DNA from: an uncultured Bacillota bacterium
GTDB lineage: Bacteria; Bacillota; Clostridia; Christensenellales; UBA1242
Direction of reading: 5' to 3'
Length of the DNA: 64,000 nucleotides
Assembly (NCBI GenBank): GCA_946495675.1
Contig: CAMMDQ010000001.1
Coordinates: 146,225 to 210,224 of the forward strand
Positions 34,893-44,830 of the stretch are shown piece by piece; position 1 is the stretch's first letter; each line of letters opens with the position of its first letter. Made by a program: the position numbers and the translations under genes. The notes below the pieces were generated by a model, which searched no databases, was not told where the DNA came from, and was given only the letters and a program-made list of their open reading frames with translations.

Positions 34893-36947
34893 TTACAACT
34901 TGTCAGCAACATCCCAAGCTCGCCAAACAACAGTGCGAAGATTGCCAACTTTCAAGGCATCACCCACAATATGCACATGCTTTGAGGCTTTGGCAAGTGG
35001 AGCAGGGTTATAACCAACTGAAACAATCACAGTGTCGGCTTTTACTTTTTTCTGTGAGCCGTCTTTCTTTGTGATAATTACATAATTTTTTCCAATCTGA
35101 CTGACATAGCTTTCAAGGTAAACAGGAATATTGTTATGCTTAAAATAATCTCTCAAAAATGATGAATTTGCAAGGCAGAGTCCACGCATTGCCATCAAAT
35201 CATTTTTTGCTTCGACAATAACAGGTTTTTTGCCGTCAAGAGCAAGTTGATAAGCAATTTCGCATCCTGTCAAGCCACCGCCTATGATAACAACATTTTC
35301 TTTTGCCTTTTCTGGATTGTTTAAAAAGTCTATTGCTTCAATAGCTCTTTCAATGCCTTGAATTTTGAGTTTTTTGGCGGTTGAACCTGTTGCAATCACT
35401 ATTTCATCGGCTTTGATTTGTTTTGGATCGGTGATGTTAGTGTTAAGTTTTACTTCAATTTTCAGTTTATCAATCTGTCTGCGATACCAATTTAAAAGCA
35501 TTCTATCACGCTCTTTAAACGACATTTTGCCTGCAGGAATAAAAACACCGCCAAGCTCTGATGATCTTTCATAAATTGTGACCTGGTGTCCACGCATTGC
35601 CGCCACTCTAGCCACTTCCATTCCACCAACTCCGCCGCCAATGATTGCAATCTGTTTGCATTTTTTTGCTGGCTTGAGGTCATATTTTCCGCCATCCATG
35701 GTCATAGGGTTGAGTGCACATCTTGACATATGTTTTGAGTCTTGCATTGCTTGGTCATTTGCCACACCTTTATAGTGAGCCATTGTCAAACAAGCGTTGT
35801 GGCAATAAATGCAAGGCTGAATGTCTTCTGGTCTGTTTTCAATAATTTTGGTTACCCAGTGGCTGTCTGTCAAGAATTGTCTTGCAACGCCCATTGCATC
35901 AATTTTGCCCGCTTTGATTGCTTTGGCTGCATCTTCAACTTCCATTTTACCAGCACAAACAACAGGAATGGAAACCTCTTTTTTGATTTTGCTCGCATCC
36001 TCAAGATTGCAGTTTTTTGGCATATAAAGTGGTGGGTGTGCCCAGTACCAAGCATCATACGTTCCGTTGTCGGTGTTGAGCATATCATAGCCGGCATCCT
36101 GCAAATATTTAGCAGCCTTTTTGCCTTCTTCTATGTCTCTTCCAATATCTTTAAACTTTTCGCCAGGCAAGATGCCTTCGCAAAAGTCTTTGGTTTTGCT
36201 GACTGCTGAAAAGCGTAGGCTGACAGGGTAGTCCTGCCCACATTCTTTTTTGATTTCCTTTACCACTTCGGTGGCAAAACGATATTTGTTTTCCCAGTTT
36301 CCACCGTATTCATCTGTGCGTTTGTTTGTATAGTCCAAAGTGAATTGATCAAGCAGATAACCTTCGTGAACAGCGTGAATTTCAACACCATCAACACCGG
36401 CATCTTTGCAAAGTTTTGCGGTTTTTGCAAAGGCATAAATCATTTTTTCGATTTCTTTTTTGGTAAGAGCTCGGCAAGTGTAGCCTTCAAGCCAGCGAGA
36501 AGGAAGTTTTGAAGGGCTGGCACAAAGATAAGGCAGGTCGATAATAGGTTTTAAAACTTTTGATAAAATTTTTGATTTGATGATTGATTTCATTGAGTTG
36601 GGAATAGAAAATGAGCGGCCAAAGCCAGCGGTGAGTTGAACGAATAATTTCGCTCCCGTTTTATGAAATTCTTGCATATAATCTTTCAATTTTTTGAAAG
36701 TGCGTTTTGATTTATAAAGCCATTGTCCACCGATTAAATTTTTTAGTGGAGCAATACCTGGAATAACCAAGCCTACATTATTTTTTGCAACATCCATAAA
36801 AAAATCGCAGGCATCTTTGTCTAAATGATGAGGCTCCATCCATCCAAAGAGTGAAGTTCCGCCCATTGGACAGAGAACTATTCTATTTTTGATTTCTACA
36901 TTACCAATTTTCCAAGGCGAAAAAAGTGGTTCAAGTTTTTTATCCAT
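34893..36947 (-). CDS. OYE-family flavin oxidoreductase fused to an FAD/NAD(P)-binding domain (2-enoate reductase / 2,4-dienoyl-CoA reductase family)
   Basis: The N-terminal TIM-barrel carries GVEIHAVHEGYLLDQF. A Cys cluster CIYCHNAC is present, with two Rossmann motifs, IAIIGGGVGGMEVA and VVIIGGGLTGCEIA. Confidence 0.85.
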   Translation of the reverse strand: MDKKLEPLFSPWKIGNVEIKNRIVLCPMGGTSLFGWMEPHHLDKDACDFFMDVAKNNVGLVIPGIAPLKNLIGGQWLYKSKRTFKKLKDYMQEFHKTGAKLFVQLTAGFGRSFSIPNSMKSIIKSKILSKVLKPIIDLPYLCASPSKLPSRWLEGYTCRALTKKEIEKMIYAFAKTAKLCKDAGVDGVEIHAVHEGYLLDQFTLDYTNKRTDEYGGNWENKYRFATEVVKEIKKECGQDYPVSLRFSAVSKTKDFCEGILPGEKFKDIGRDIEEGKKAAKYLQDAGYDMLNTDNGTYDAWYWAHPPLYMPKNCNLEDASKIKKEVSIPVVCAGKMEVEDAAKAIKAGKIDAMGVARQFLTDSHWVTKIIENRPEDIQPCIYCHNACLTMAHYKGVANDQAMQDSKHMSRCALNPMTMDGGKYDLKPAKKCKQIAIIGGGVGGMEVARVAAMRGHQVTIYERSSELGGVFIPAGKMSFKERDRMLLNWYRRQIDKLKIEVKLNTNITDPKQIKADEIVIATGSTAKKLKIQGIERAIEAIDFLNNPEKAKENVVIIGGGLTGCEIAYQLALDGKKPVIVEAKNDLMAMRGLCLANSSFLRDYFKHNNIPVYLESYVSQIGKNYVIITKKDGSQKKVKADTVIVSVGYNPAPLAKASKHVHIVGDALKVGNLRTVVWRAWDVADKL

Positions 36948-37080
36948 ATTCCATCTCCTTTTGATATATTTTAATTCATTTTGTCTTTTACTACAAACAT
37001 TTTTAAAATATTTTTCATTTTATTTTTATTTTTTAGTTGCTTTGTGTAAAATAAAATTGTGAGAAATAAAGGAGCAAATA

Positions 37081-38385
37081 ATGAAAACACTTAAAATCAA
37101 AAAAATCCATGCAAGACAAATTTTGGATTCTCGGTCTAATCCTACCATTGAAGTTGATTTGACGCTGGAAAATGGTGTTATGGGCAGGGCAGCTGTGCCA
37201 TCAGGTGCATCGACAGGTGCTTTTGAAGCGGTTGAGTTGCGAGATAATGATAAGAATTTTTATAACGGTAAATCAGTAATGCAAGCAGTAAAGAATGTTA
37301 ATTCTGTGATTGCCAAAGTTGTTTGTGGCATGAATGTGTTTGACCAAAAAGCTATTGATGAAAAGATGATTAAACTTGATGGAACGGTAAACAAAGCAAA
37401 ACTTGGTGCAAATGCTATTTTGGGTGTTTCATTGGCTGCGGCGACGGCGGCTGCCAAAGCGGAAAGGAAAAGTTTGTTCCGCTATCTTGGCAGTGGCAAA
37501 ATTCTTCCGGTGCCGATGCTTAACATTTTGAATGGTGGTAAACACGCAGACAACAATTTGAATTGCCAAGAGTTTATGATAATGCCAGTTGGTGCAAAAA
37601 ACTTTTCACAAGCACTTGAGTGGTCTGCCTGCATTTATCAAAACTTGAAAAAAATTTTAAAAGAAAAAAAGCTCTCAACAGGGGTGGGCGATGAAGGCGG
37701 CTTTGCTCCAAATCTTGAAAATGACGAGCAGGCATTAAAACTTCTTGTGCAGGCAATTGAGGTTTCGGGTTTTAAAAAAGGAAAACAAGTTGCCATCGCA
37801 ATCGATGTTGCATCAACTGAAATGTTTGATGAAGCAGAAAAAATAGGGCAAAAGGGAAAATATTATTTCTGGAAAACTGGAGAAATTTTCTCGGCTGACA
37901 AACTGATAAAACGCTATCAAGAATGGATTAAAAAATATCCTATTGTTTCGATTGAAGATGGACTAGGTGAAGAAGATTGGCAGGGCTGGCAAAAACTTAC
38001 GCAGGCTTTGGGCGATAAAATTCAACTCGTCGGAGATGACCTTTTTGTAACCAATCCAAGCAGACTTGAAAAAGGTATCAAACTTAATGCTGCAAATTCA
38101 ATACTTGTCAAAGTAAATCAAATTGGCACATTAACTGAAGCGGTTAAAGCTGTTAGACTTGCTCAAAAAAGTAACATGAGCGCAGTTGTTTCACACAGAA
38201 GCGGCGAAACTGAAGATAGTTTTATCGCTGACTTGGTGGTAGCGCTAGGTTGCGGACAAATCAAAACGGGCGCCCCTTGTCGAAGTGAAAGGGTGGCAAA
38301 ATACAATCAGCTTTTGCGTATAGAAGAAGAGCTTGGGAAAAAAGCAATTTATCCGGGGCTTTCTGCTCTAAAAATAAAAAATTAA
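37081..38385 (+). CDS. eno: Enolase
   Basis: The protein is colinear with enolase along its full length ([33 protein letters not shown]). Confidence 0.97.
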   Translation: MKTLKIKKIHARQILDSRSNPTIEVDLTLENGVMGRAAVPSGASTGAFEAVELRDNDKNFYNGKSVMQAVKNVNSVIAKVVCGMNVFDQKAIDEKMIKLDGTVNKAKLGANAILGVSLAAATAAAKAERKSLFRYLGSGKILPVPMLNILNGGKHADNNLNCQEFMIMPVGAKNFSQALEWSACIYQNLKKILKEKKLSTGVGDEGGFAPNLENDEQALKLLVQAIEVSGFKKGKQVAIAIDVASTEMFDEAEKIGQKGKYYFWKTGEIFSADKLIKRYQEWIKKYPIVSIEDGLGEEDWQGWQKLTQALGDKIQLVGDDLFVTNPSRLEKGIKLNAANSILVKVNQIGTLTEAVKAVRLAQKSNMSAVVSHRSGETEDSFIADLVVALGCGQIKTGAPCRSERVAKYNQLLRIEEELGKKAIYPGLSALKIKN

Positions 38386-38408
38386 GCACTTAGTTTTAAG
38401 TGCTTTTT
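38384..38408 (+). terminator. Rho-independent terminator after eno
   Basis: AAGCACTTA/TAAGTGCTT form the stem around loop GTTT, followed by a T-run. Confidence 0.75.
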
Positions 38409-38462
38409 ATTTTGCATTTGGCTTTTTTTGTGATAAAATATTTCTGAAAACAAGGGGAAGAA

Positions 38463-41400
38463 ATGAGAAGCATCTATACATATTACAAAGAACGATTGAT
38501 AGAAATTAGCGGAAAAAATAGAAGTTTATACTTAAAAAATTTCAACAAAAAAAATGGTTATGATGTTGGAAAACTATTATATCAAAATCAAGAGAGTGTT
38601 GCCGAACTTGTTGACAATCTTTGGAATGGCAAAACCTCTTCTTTTGAACTTATAAGTAAAGATAAACTTGAATATTTTATTAAAAATTTGAAAATTGATG
38701 ACAGCCAAGTGGATTTGACGGATACTCAGGCTAGGCAGAAATTTGAAAGGCAAAAAAGAGAACAGGCAAAAAAGAGTTTGGAACAGGAAATCAAAAATCT
38801 TATTGCCTTGAAAAGAGAGATTGAAGAGATTGAAAAAGAGACTGGAAGAAGCGAGCTTTATCTATGCTATCCTTTTGTGTTTGGCAATGTAAAAAATTAT
38901 ACTTTCAGAGCACCACTTTTGATGTTTCCAGTTGAAATTGATATTGAAGGGGACAATTATGCAAGCATAAGGCTAAAGCAAGCAGAGCCAGTTCAGCTTA
39001 ACAAGGCACTTCTTTATGCATTTGCTGATGCAAAAAGATTGAATCTTGAAGATATTGAAACTGAATTTGATTGTTTGAAAACAAAGTTTTCATCATTGCA
39101 AAAGCTGCTTGACTATCTTGCCGGTTTTGGCATAAAAATCTCGGCACCACAACGCAAAAACATATTCCCTTTTGACAGATACTCTGAGCCAAAGCATAAT
39201 CAAGCTCCAGAGATCAAAAATCTGTGCCTGCTGGCCAGGTGCTCGCTTGCAAATTCAATCTATAATGATTATGCAAAGCTTGAAAAACGCCACCTTGCAA
39301 ACGAGTCAATAAATCAGCTTTTAAACAGAAAAGTGAAAAAATTTAAGTCTGGCAAAGCTCAAGATTTGTATCTTATAAACAATGTTGACTATGCTCAAGA
39401 GCAAGTTGTGAGAAAAGTCAATGATAGTGGAAACATGGTTATTTATGGGCCACCAGGGACAGGAAAGAGTCAAACCATTGTCAATGTTATTTCCGATGCT
39501 ATGGCAAAAGGTAAAAAAGTTTTGGTTGTTTCTCAAAAGAAAGCTGCTTTGGATGTTGTTTTCAATCGTTTGGGAGTGCTAAACAACAGGGCAATGTTTG
39601 TTGTTGATTCAGAAAAAGAAAAGCGTGGTTTTTACGAGCGTTGCCTTTTGACTCATCAACAGCTTACAGATTTCAAAATAGATGAAGAAGTGTTCAAAAA
39701 ATTTGACGAACTTTCTGCCGCACTTGCTCAAGAAGAGGCAAAACTCAAAGCGATAAATGATTGTCTCACAAGCAAAACACCTTTCGGGCTTTCGTTGCAA
39801 GAGATGTATTACAACTCCTTTAAGATCGGCAAACATTCGGTTGAATATTCAATTTATCAACAGATGCTTGGCAGCAAGAAGTTGCTATCACTAAATTTCG
39901 AGCAGTTAAGTCAAGCACTTAGCGTTTTAGATGAAGAAAATAAAACGCAACTTTATTATAATTTCATCGAGAATAAAAAGAAAAATCCTTTTATTGATCA
40001 TTTAAATTTACAAGCTGGACTTCATGTGATTGCTCAGGCTCAGTCAAAACTGGCACAACTTTCTTCAACAAGGCAGGCATTGTTTGATGGAGCTCAATAC
40101 AAATACAGCAGACAGATTTTGACATATTTTAGCAAAATTCAAGACAAAACAAATTACAATGCCCTTAAAAAGATGGTTGCAAAGCTTGAATATCCTGCTT
40201 CTAGCAAGTTTTTGAATTTGTCTCATATTGTTTTCCCACTTTATCCTTTTGCAAAAGCGGCAATGAATAAAAAGGAGAAAATAGTTGAAAAAGAATTTGA
40301 AAAAACAGTTGAGGCACTTGGTGAATATCTTGCCGATTATCAGTTTTTAAAGGATATTTTGAGTCAAGAAGGTTATCTTATGGCTCTTGATGGTCTTTTA
40401 AGCGGAAACAGCAATGTTTTGAAACTTTTATTAAATGCTGTTGAAAACTATATTGGCAATCAAGACATAAATCAAACTTTGAATAATTTGACCGAAAATC
40501 AAAAATTTGTGCTCAATTTCGCATATAAACATGCAAACTCTTATTCAAAATATTTGGAAATTTTAAACAAATTGTTGCCGCTAAGGATTTATCACGAAAT
40601 TTTGACTTATGAAGAAAAAATGAAAAATGAGCTTGCTGGGGCGGTGGATTTTGAAAATATACGAGCAAGAATTGTTGCACTCAAAAAAGATCAAAACGCT
40701 CTTTCAAAGCAGATTTCTTTGCAAAGTTTTGTCAAAGACTATCAAGCAATGATTGATGGCAGTGTGGCTTCTAAAGACTTTTTGTATCAAATTTCAAAAA
40801 AGCAAAATTTCTGGAGCATAAGAAAGATGATGGAGGTGTATGGCGACTATCTTTTCAAAATGTTCCCTTGTTGGCTTTTATCGCCTGAAAATGTTTCATC
40901 AATTTTGCCACTTGAAAAAAATATGTTTGATATCGTGCTGTTTGATGAAGCTTCGCAAGTTTTTATTGAGAACACAATTCCTTCAATATTCAGAGGAAAA
41001 TGTGTGGTTGTTGCAGGAGATGCAAAACAACTGAGACCAACAACAACCTTTATGAAACGATACATGGGTGCAAACCTTGACGATGTTGACCTGTCAACGC
41101 AAGCTGCACTTGAAGTTGAAAGTTTGCTAGATCTTGCTGTTTCAAGATTTAACAGCGCAAACATAACCTATCACTATCGAAGCAAAAATCAAGAGCTGAT
41201 CGACTTTTCAAATAAAGCTTTTTATAGCGGTAATTTGCAGATCGCTCCAAATGTTTCAAAAAATCTAAAACAAAAACCAATTGAAAGAATATTAGTTGAC
41301 GGGAAATGGGCAGATCGTAAAAATATGGCGGAAGCCAAAAAGGTTGTTGAGCTTACAAAACACATTTTGAAAACAAGAAAAAATAACGAAACCATAGGAA

Positions 41401-42233
41401 TTATAACTTTCAACTCTGATCAAGAAACACTGATTGAAGATTTGTTTGACAAAGAGTGTTTCAAAGACGAAAGTTTCAGGGTCAAATTTATCAAAGAAAC
41501 CAGCAGAAAAGAAAATGATGAAGATGTCAGCTTGTTTGTCAAAAACCTTGAGAATGTTCAGGGGGATGAGAGAGATATAATCATCTTCTCAATCGGCTAT
41601 GCAAGAAATGAATTTGGCAAAGTCAATGCTTCATTCGGTTCTCTTTCCAACGAAGGCGGCGAAAACAGGCTTAATGTTGCCATCACCAGAGCAAAACAAA
41701 AAATCTATGTGGTAACAAGCATTGAGCCAGAAGAACTTAAAGTGGATGGCGCAAAGTTTGCAGGACCAAAACTTTTGCGAAGTTATCTTGCTTATGCAAG
41801 GGCTGTTTCAAAGGGAAAAACGGACGAAGTTCGTTCAATTCTTGACAGCTTTAACGATCGGATTCTCAAAACCAACAAATTGATTGGGCTCAAGCCGCTT
41901 GAAGAGCAGATTGCACATAAACTTTCAAAACTTGGCTATGATTGTCAGGTAAACTTGGGAAATTCTGACAGCAAAGTTTCGGTTGCAATTTATGATAAGA
42001 AACTTGACAGATATATCTTAGGTATTGAGACTGATCAAACGGCAATCAACAGCAGCCCTTCGGTTCTTGAGAGAGATGTTTATCGCAACGAATTTTTGAA
42101 ATCTCGTGGCTGGAAGATTGTTAGAGTTTGGAGTAGAGATTGGTGGCATAACTATAAGGGTGTGACATCTATGATTGTCAAAGAGATTGAAAAGCAACGA
42201 AAAATACTTGAAAAAAGTGCAAAAAAAGTGTAA
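38463..42233 (+). CDS. SF1 (Upf1/DNA2-like) helicase with a long N-terminal region and a C-terminal endonuclease-fold module
   Basis: Helicase motifs are GPPGTGKSQT (Walker A), VLFDEASQ, VVAGDAKQLRPT, YHYRS, VQGDERDIIIFS and RLNVAITRAK. The C-terminal GWKIVRVWSRDWW resembles DUF559/Vsr-like REase-fold tails. The N-terminus (YYKERLIEISGKNRSLYLK) resembles DUF4011-type proteins. Confidence 0.75.
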   Translation: MRSIYTYYKERLIEISGKNRSLYLKNFNKKNGYDVGKLLYQNQESVAELVDNLWNGKTSSFELISKDKLEYFIKNLKIDDSQVDLTDTQARQKFERQKREQAKKSLEQEIKNLIALKREIEEIEKETGRSELYLCYPFVFGNVKNYTFRAPLLMFPVEIDIEGDNYASIRLKQAEPVQLNKALLYAFADAKRLNLEDIETEFDCLKTKFSSLQKLLDYLAGFGIKISAPQRKNIFPFDRYSEPKHNQAPEIKNLCLLARCSLANSIYNDYAKLEKRHLANESINQLLNRKVKKFKSGKAQDLYLINNVDYAQEQVVRKVNDSGNMVIYGPPGTGKSQTIVNVISDAMAKGKKVLVVSQKKAALDVVFNRLGVLNNRAMFVVDSEKEKRGFYERCLLTHQQLTDFKIDEEVFKKFDELSAALAQEEAKLKAINDCLTSKTPFGLSLQEMYYNSFKIGKHSVEYSIYQQMLGSKKLLSLNFEQLSQALSVLDEENKTQLYYNFIENKKKNPFIDHLNLQAGLHVIAQAQSKLAQLSSTRQALFDGAQYKYSRQILTYFSKIQDKTNYNALKKMVAKLEYPASSKFLNLSHIVFPLYPFAKAAMNKKEKIVEKEFEKTVEALGEYLADYQFLKDILSQEGYLMALDGLLSGNSNVLKLLLNAVENYIGNQDINQTLNNLTENQKFVLNFAYKHANSYSKYLEILNKLLPLRIYHEILTYEEKMKNELAGAVDFENIRARIVALKKDQNALSKQISLQSFVKDYQAMIDGSVASKDFLYQISKKQNFWSIRKMMEVYGDYLFKMFPCWLLSPENVSSILPLEKNMFDIVLFDEASQVFIENTIPSIFRGKCVVVAGDAKQLRPTTTFMKRYMGANLDDVDLSTQAALEVESLLDLAVSRFNSANITYHYRSKNQELIDFSNKAFYSGNLQIAPNVSKNLKQKPIERILVDGKWADRKNMAEAKKVVELTKHILKTRKNNETIGIITFNSDQETLIEDLFDKECFKDESFRVKFIKETSRKENDEDVSLFVKNLENVQGDERDIIIFSIGYARNEFGKVNASFGSLSNEGGENRLNVAITRAKQKIYVVTSIEPEELKVDGAKFAGPKLLRSYLAYARAVSKGKTDEVRSILDSFNDRILKTNKLIGLKPLEEQIAHKLSKLGYDCQVNLGNSDSKVSVAIYDKKLDRYILGIETDQTAINSSPSVLERDVYRNEFLKSRGWKIVRVWSRDWWHNYKGVTSMIVKEIEKQRKILEKSAKKV

Positions 42234-42253
42234 AATACAAAAAAGGAGAGAGT

Positions 42254-42706
42254 ATGGAACAAAAAATTCAAACTTCATATGTTATGGTGAAGCCAGGTTT
42301 TGCAAATTATGAAAAAGTAATTGAAGAGATTGAGAAAAGATTGTATGAAGCTGGCTTTAAAATTATAGAAGAAGGGTACATTTCTTACGATCGAGATATG
42401 GCAGGGCAGCATTATCATGATCATGTGGGAAAGGATTTTTATCAGAAACTTGAAGATTATATCACAAGCGACAAAGCTTATGGCATGATTGTTGAAGGCC
42501 AAGATGCTATTGCAAAGATCAGAGCTATGGTCGGTTCAACAATGGATCCCCAAAAAGGCACCATCAGATTTGATATCCCTGCAATGCTTGGCCGCAAACC
42601 GACCACTCCCGCAAATGTAGTTCATGCATCAGATAGCGTAGAAGCTGCGCAAAAAGAGATTCAGATTTTTAAAAATTATTTAGAAAAATTGCAAACAGAA
42701 AGATAA
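42254..42706 (+). CDS. ndk: Nucleoside-diphosphate kinase
   Basis: Motifs YVMVKPG, GTIRFD and the active-site NVVHASDS are present. Confidence 0.9.
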   Translation: MEQKIQTSYVMVKPGFANYEKVIEEIEKRLYEAGFKIIEEGYISYDRDMAGQHYHDHVGKDFYQKLEDYITSDKAYGMIVEGQDAIAKIRAMVGSTMDPQKGTIRFDIPAMLGRKPTTPANVVHASDSVEAAQKEIQIFKNYLEKLQTER

Positions 42707-42714
42707 ACAAAAAT

Positions 42715-42776
42715 GACAATAACAACATCTTTGATAGCATAAAAATATGATTTCAAAGCAGTTATTGTCTTTTTTA
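42715..42776. terminator. Long hairpin terminator between convergent genes
   Basis: The outer stem is GACAATAAC/GTTATTGTC and the inner stem CTTTGA/TCAAAG, followed by T7. Confidence 0.6.
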
Positions 42777-42795
42777 TTTTCATTGCTGGCACAAC

Positions 42796-43752
42796 TCAGG
42801 TGTAAATCTTTTTGCTTTTTTTTGGCAGGGCAATAAGCACAATTTCTGTTGCATATAGCGGCCCGCCATAATATCGCAAATAAAAACTATATTCTTTTTG
42901 AAAGTGGTGGATAAGTTTTGGAATTTTAAATAAATCAGTGTTGTTATGATAGACTGAAATCAGAAGCAAAGGTTTATCGTTTTTCAAATGTTCTTTACAG
43001 CCCTTTATTGCTTTGAGTTCTCCGCCTTCAATGTCCATTTTCAACATTCCAATTTTTTCGTGGATTTGTTCATCTAAAGTTGTTGTCTCAATTTTGATTT
43101 TGCCATCCGAGCATGTTTGATTTGCAGAAGAAGAAAAAATATTTTCCTTTAAATACTTTATTTCACTTTTGTTAGAAACCGCCTTGCCTATACAACAAAT
43201 ATTTGAAAAAGCAGACAAATTTTGTTTGAGTTGCTCAAGAGATTGCGGCGTTATATCAAAGCAATAGATCTTTTTATACTTTTCTCCGTAAGACTGGATA
43301 AAATCTAAGGTTGAATCTCCGCTAAATGCGCCTACGTCAACAAAAGTTTGGTTTTCAAATTTGGGAATAATGTCAAGATCAAAATAATGTTTAAAAATAT
43401 TTTCAGTAACTAGTGGAAGAGAAGCAAAATCGAAATTATAGAAATTATTCAAAATTGCAAATAATGTTTGTTTTGACCTATAATCTTGCAGCTTTCTGTA
43501 AAGCCATACATAATCTTTGTAATGTTTTTTAAAAACCTGAGCTTTTAAAAATAAAAATTGATAATTGCCATTTTTTAAATCCAAATCTCCCCAGTAGTCA
43601 AATTGTTTAAAAAAACTTTCAAAAGATTCTTGCGTTTGAAAAGGAATTTGTTTGAATTTATCATACATATGCGTATAAAGAGCAATTTCGTCTTTATTTT
43701 TAAATTCTTCAATTAGAGCATAGAAATTTTTATCAATATAATTCATTTTCAC
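42796..43752 (-). CDS. FkbM-family methyltransferase
   Basis: The SAM-binding motif is FVDVGAFSGDSTLDF, followed by the FkbM motif LKMDIEGGELKAIKG. Confidence 0.75.
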   Translation of the reverse strand: MKMNYIDKNFYALIEEFKNKDEIALYTHMYDKFKQIPFQTQESFESFFKQFDYWGDLDLKNGNYQFLFLKAQVFKKHYKDYVWLYRKLQDYRSKQTLFAILNNFYNFDFASLPLVTENIFKHYFDLDIIPKFENQTFVDVGAFSGDSTLDFIQSYGEKYKKIYCFDITPQSLEQLKQNLSAFSNICCIGKAVSNKSEIKYLKENIFSSSANQTCSDGKIKIETTTLDEQIHEKIGMLKMDIEGGELKAIKGCKEHLKNDKPLLLISVYHNNTDLFKIPKLIHHFQKEYSFYLRYYGGPLYATEIVLIALPKKSKKIYT

Positions 43753-43945
43753 CTCACAAAATGATATATTAAAATTTTTATCAAAAGTTTAATGATATCT
43801 GAACCAAAAATTTTGCAAACGAATAAATTAAAATTGAAGAGAAAAAACTTTTGCTCTTCATTTACATAAATTTTCAAGAAAATCAAAATTTTAGGCAAGA
43901 ACCTTTTGTCTGTTTTTTCCATAGTATGCATTGGAGGGGGAAAGT

Positions 43946-44464
43946 ATGGAAATAATTGATTTGTATGACGAAAATAAAAAGCTGACAGGCGAAACGCTAG
44001 TTAGAGGAGAACCTATGCCGCAAGGCAGATACAAGTTATCTATTCATATATGGATAATGAATAGTGAAGGCAAAGTATATATTCAAAAAAGAGCTTCTGA
44101 AAGAAAAATTTTTCCAAACATGTGGGAAAATCCTGGCGGCGGTGCCACTGCCGGACAGACCAGTGAACAAAGCTTTGTAAGAGAGTTTGAAGAAGAGCTG
44201 GGGATTTCTCCTGATTTAAAAAACTCGAAGCTTATTTTAACTATAAAAAGAGAAAAAGACTTTGTTGATATGTGGTTTGTCAAACAAGATTTTGATATAG
44301 CCAAACTTAAATTGCAAAAGGAAGAAGTTTGTGCTGCAAAATGGGCAACCTTTGAAGATATTAAAGAAATGATTGAAAAAGGAGAGTTTTGTCCAACGAT
44401 CAATCAAAGTTTAGAACCATTTTTGCAGTATATCTCTACTCACAGCCAAGCAAAAGAGTGTTGA
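43946..44464 (+). CDS. NUDIX hydrolase
   Basis: The Nudix box reads GGGATAGQTSEQSFVREFEEELGI. GGAGGGGG precedes the ATG at 43946; the ORF-track start at 43931 lies within the RBS. Confidence 0.85.
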   Translation: MEIIDLYDENKKLTGETLVRGEPMPQGRYKLSIHIWIMNSEGKVYIQKRASERKIFPNMWENPGGGATAGQTSEQSFVREFEEELGISPDLKNSKLILTIKREKDFVDMWFVKQDFDIAKLKLQKEEVCAAKWATFEDIKEMIEKGEFCPTINQSLEPFLQYISTHSQAKEC

Positions 44465-44470
44465 TTTATT

Positions 44471-44507
44471 AAAAAATCGCTACGCATCAGATCTTAGCGA
44501 TTTTTTA
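44471..44507 (+). terminator. Rho-independent terminator
   Basis: AAAATCGCTA/TAGCGATTTT form the stem, followed by a T-run. Confidence 0.7.
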
Positions 44508-44640
44508 AATTTAAAATAATTTAAATCGCTCGCTGCTTTTTGTGATAATAAAATTTCAAAAAATAGAAAGAATCAAAGAAGAAAAACTTTAACATTTAGG
44601 TAATTGAGCGGCAAACACAAAGAAAATGATGTTGTCAATA

Positions 44641-44662
44641 AAAAAACTCGCATATAAGCGAG
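44641..44662 (-). terminator. Terminator retained downstream of the orphan tRNA 3' half
   Basis: On the minus strand, CTCGC-TTATAT-GCGAG is followed by T6, beginning 7 nt after the CCA end. Confidence 0.65.
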
Positions 44663-44668
44663 TAATAC

Positions 44669-44715
44669 TGGAGCTTATAATGGGACTTGAACCCATGACC
44701 TCAGCCTTACCAAGG
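44669..44715 (-). pseudogene. Orphan 3' half of tRNA-Thr(GGU): anticodon loop through CCA (half A')
   Basis: The minus strand reads CC TTGGTAA GGCTG AGGTC ATGGG TTCAAGT CCCAT TATAAGC T CCA. tRNA similarity stops 5' of the anticodon loop. Confidence 0.85.
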
Positions 44716-44830
44716 ATTGCGACACCTTAGAAAGAATTAGATAGTCAATTTTAGTAAAATTTAGGCGTAATCAGTCAAAAATCAGTTCGCAAATTTTATT
44801 ATCTTCTATAATTTTATAGGAGGTAATAAT

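Noticed and set aside
35365-36209. Several plus-strand ORFs (69-155 aa) lie inside the flavoenzyme gene.
   Set aside because: They are antisense to a 684-aa CDS with clear full-length homology, and they have no translation signals.
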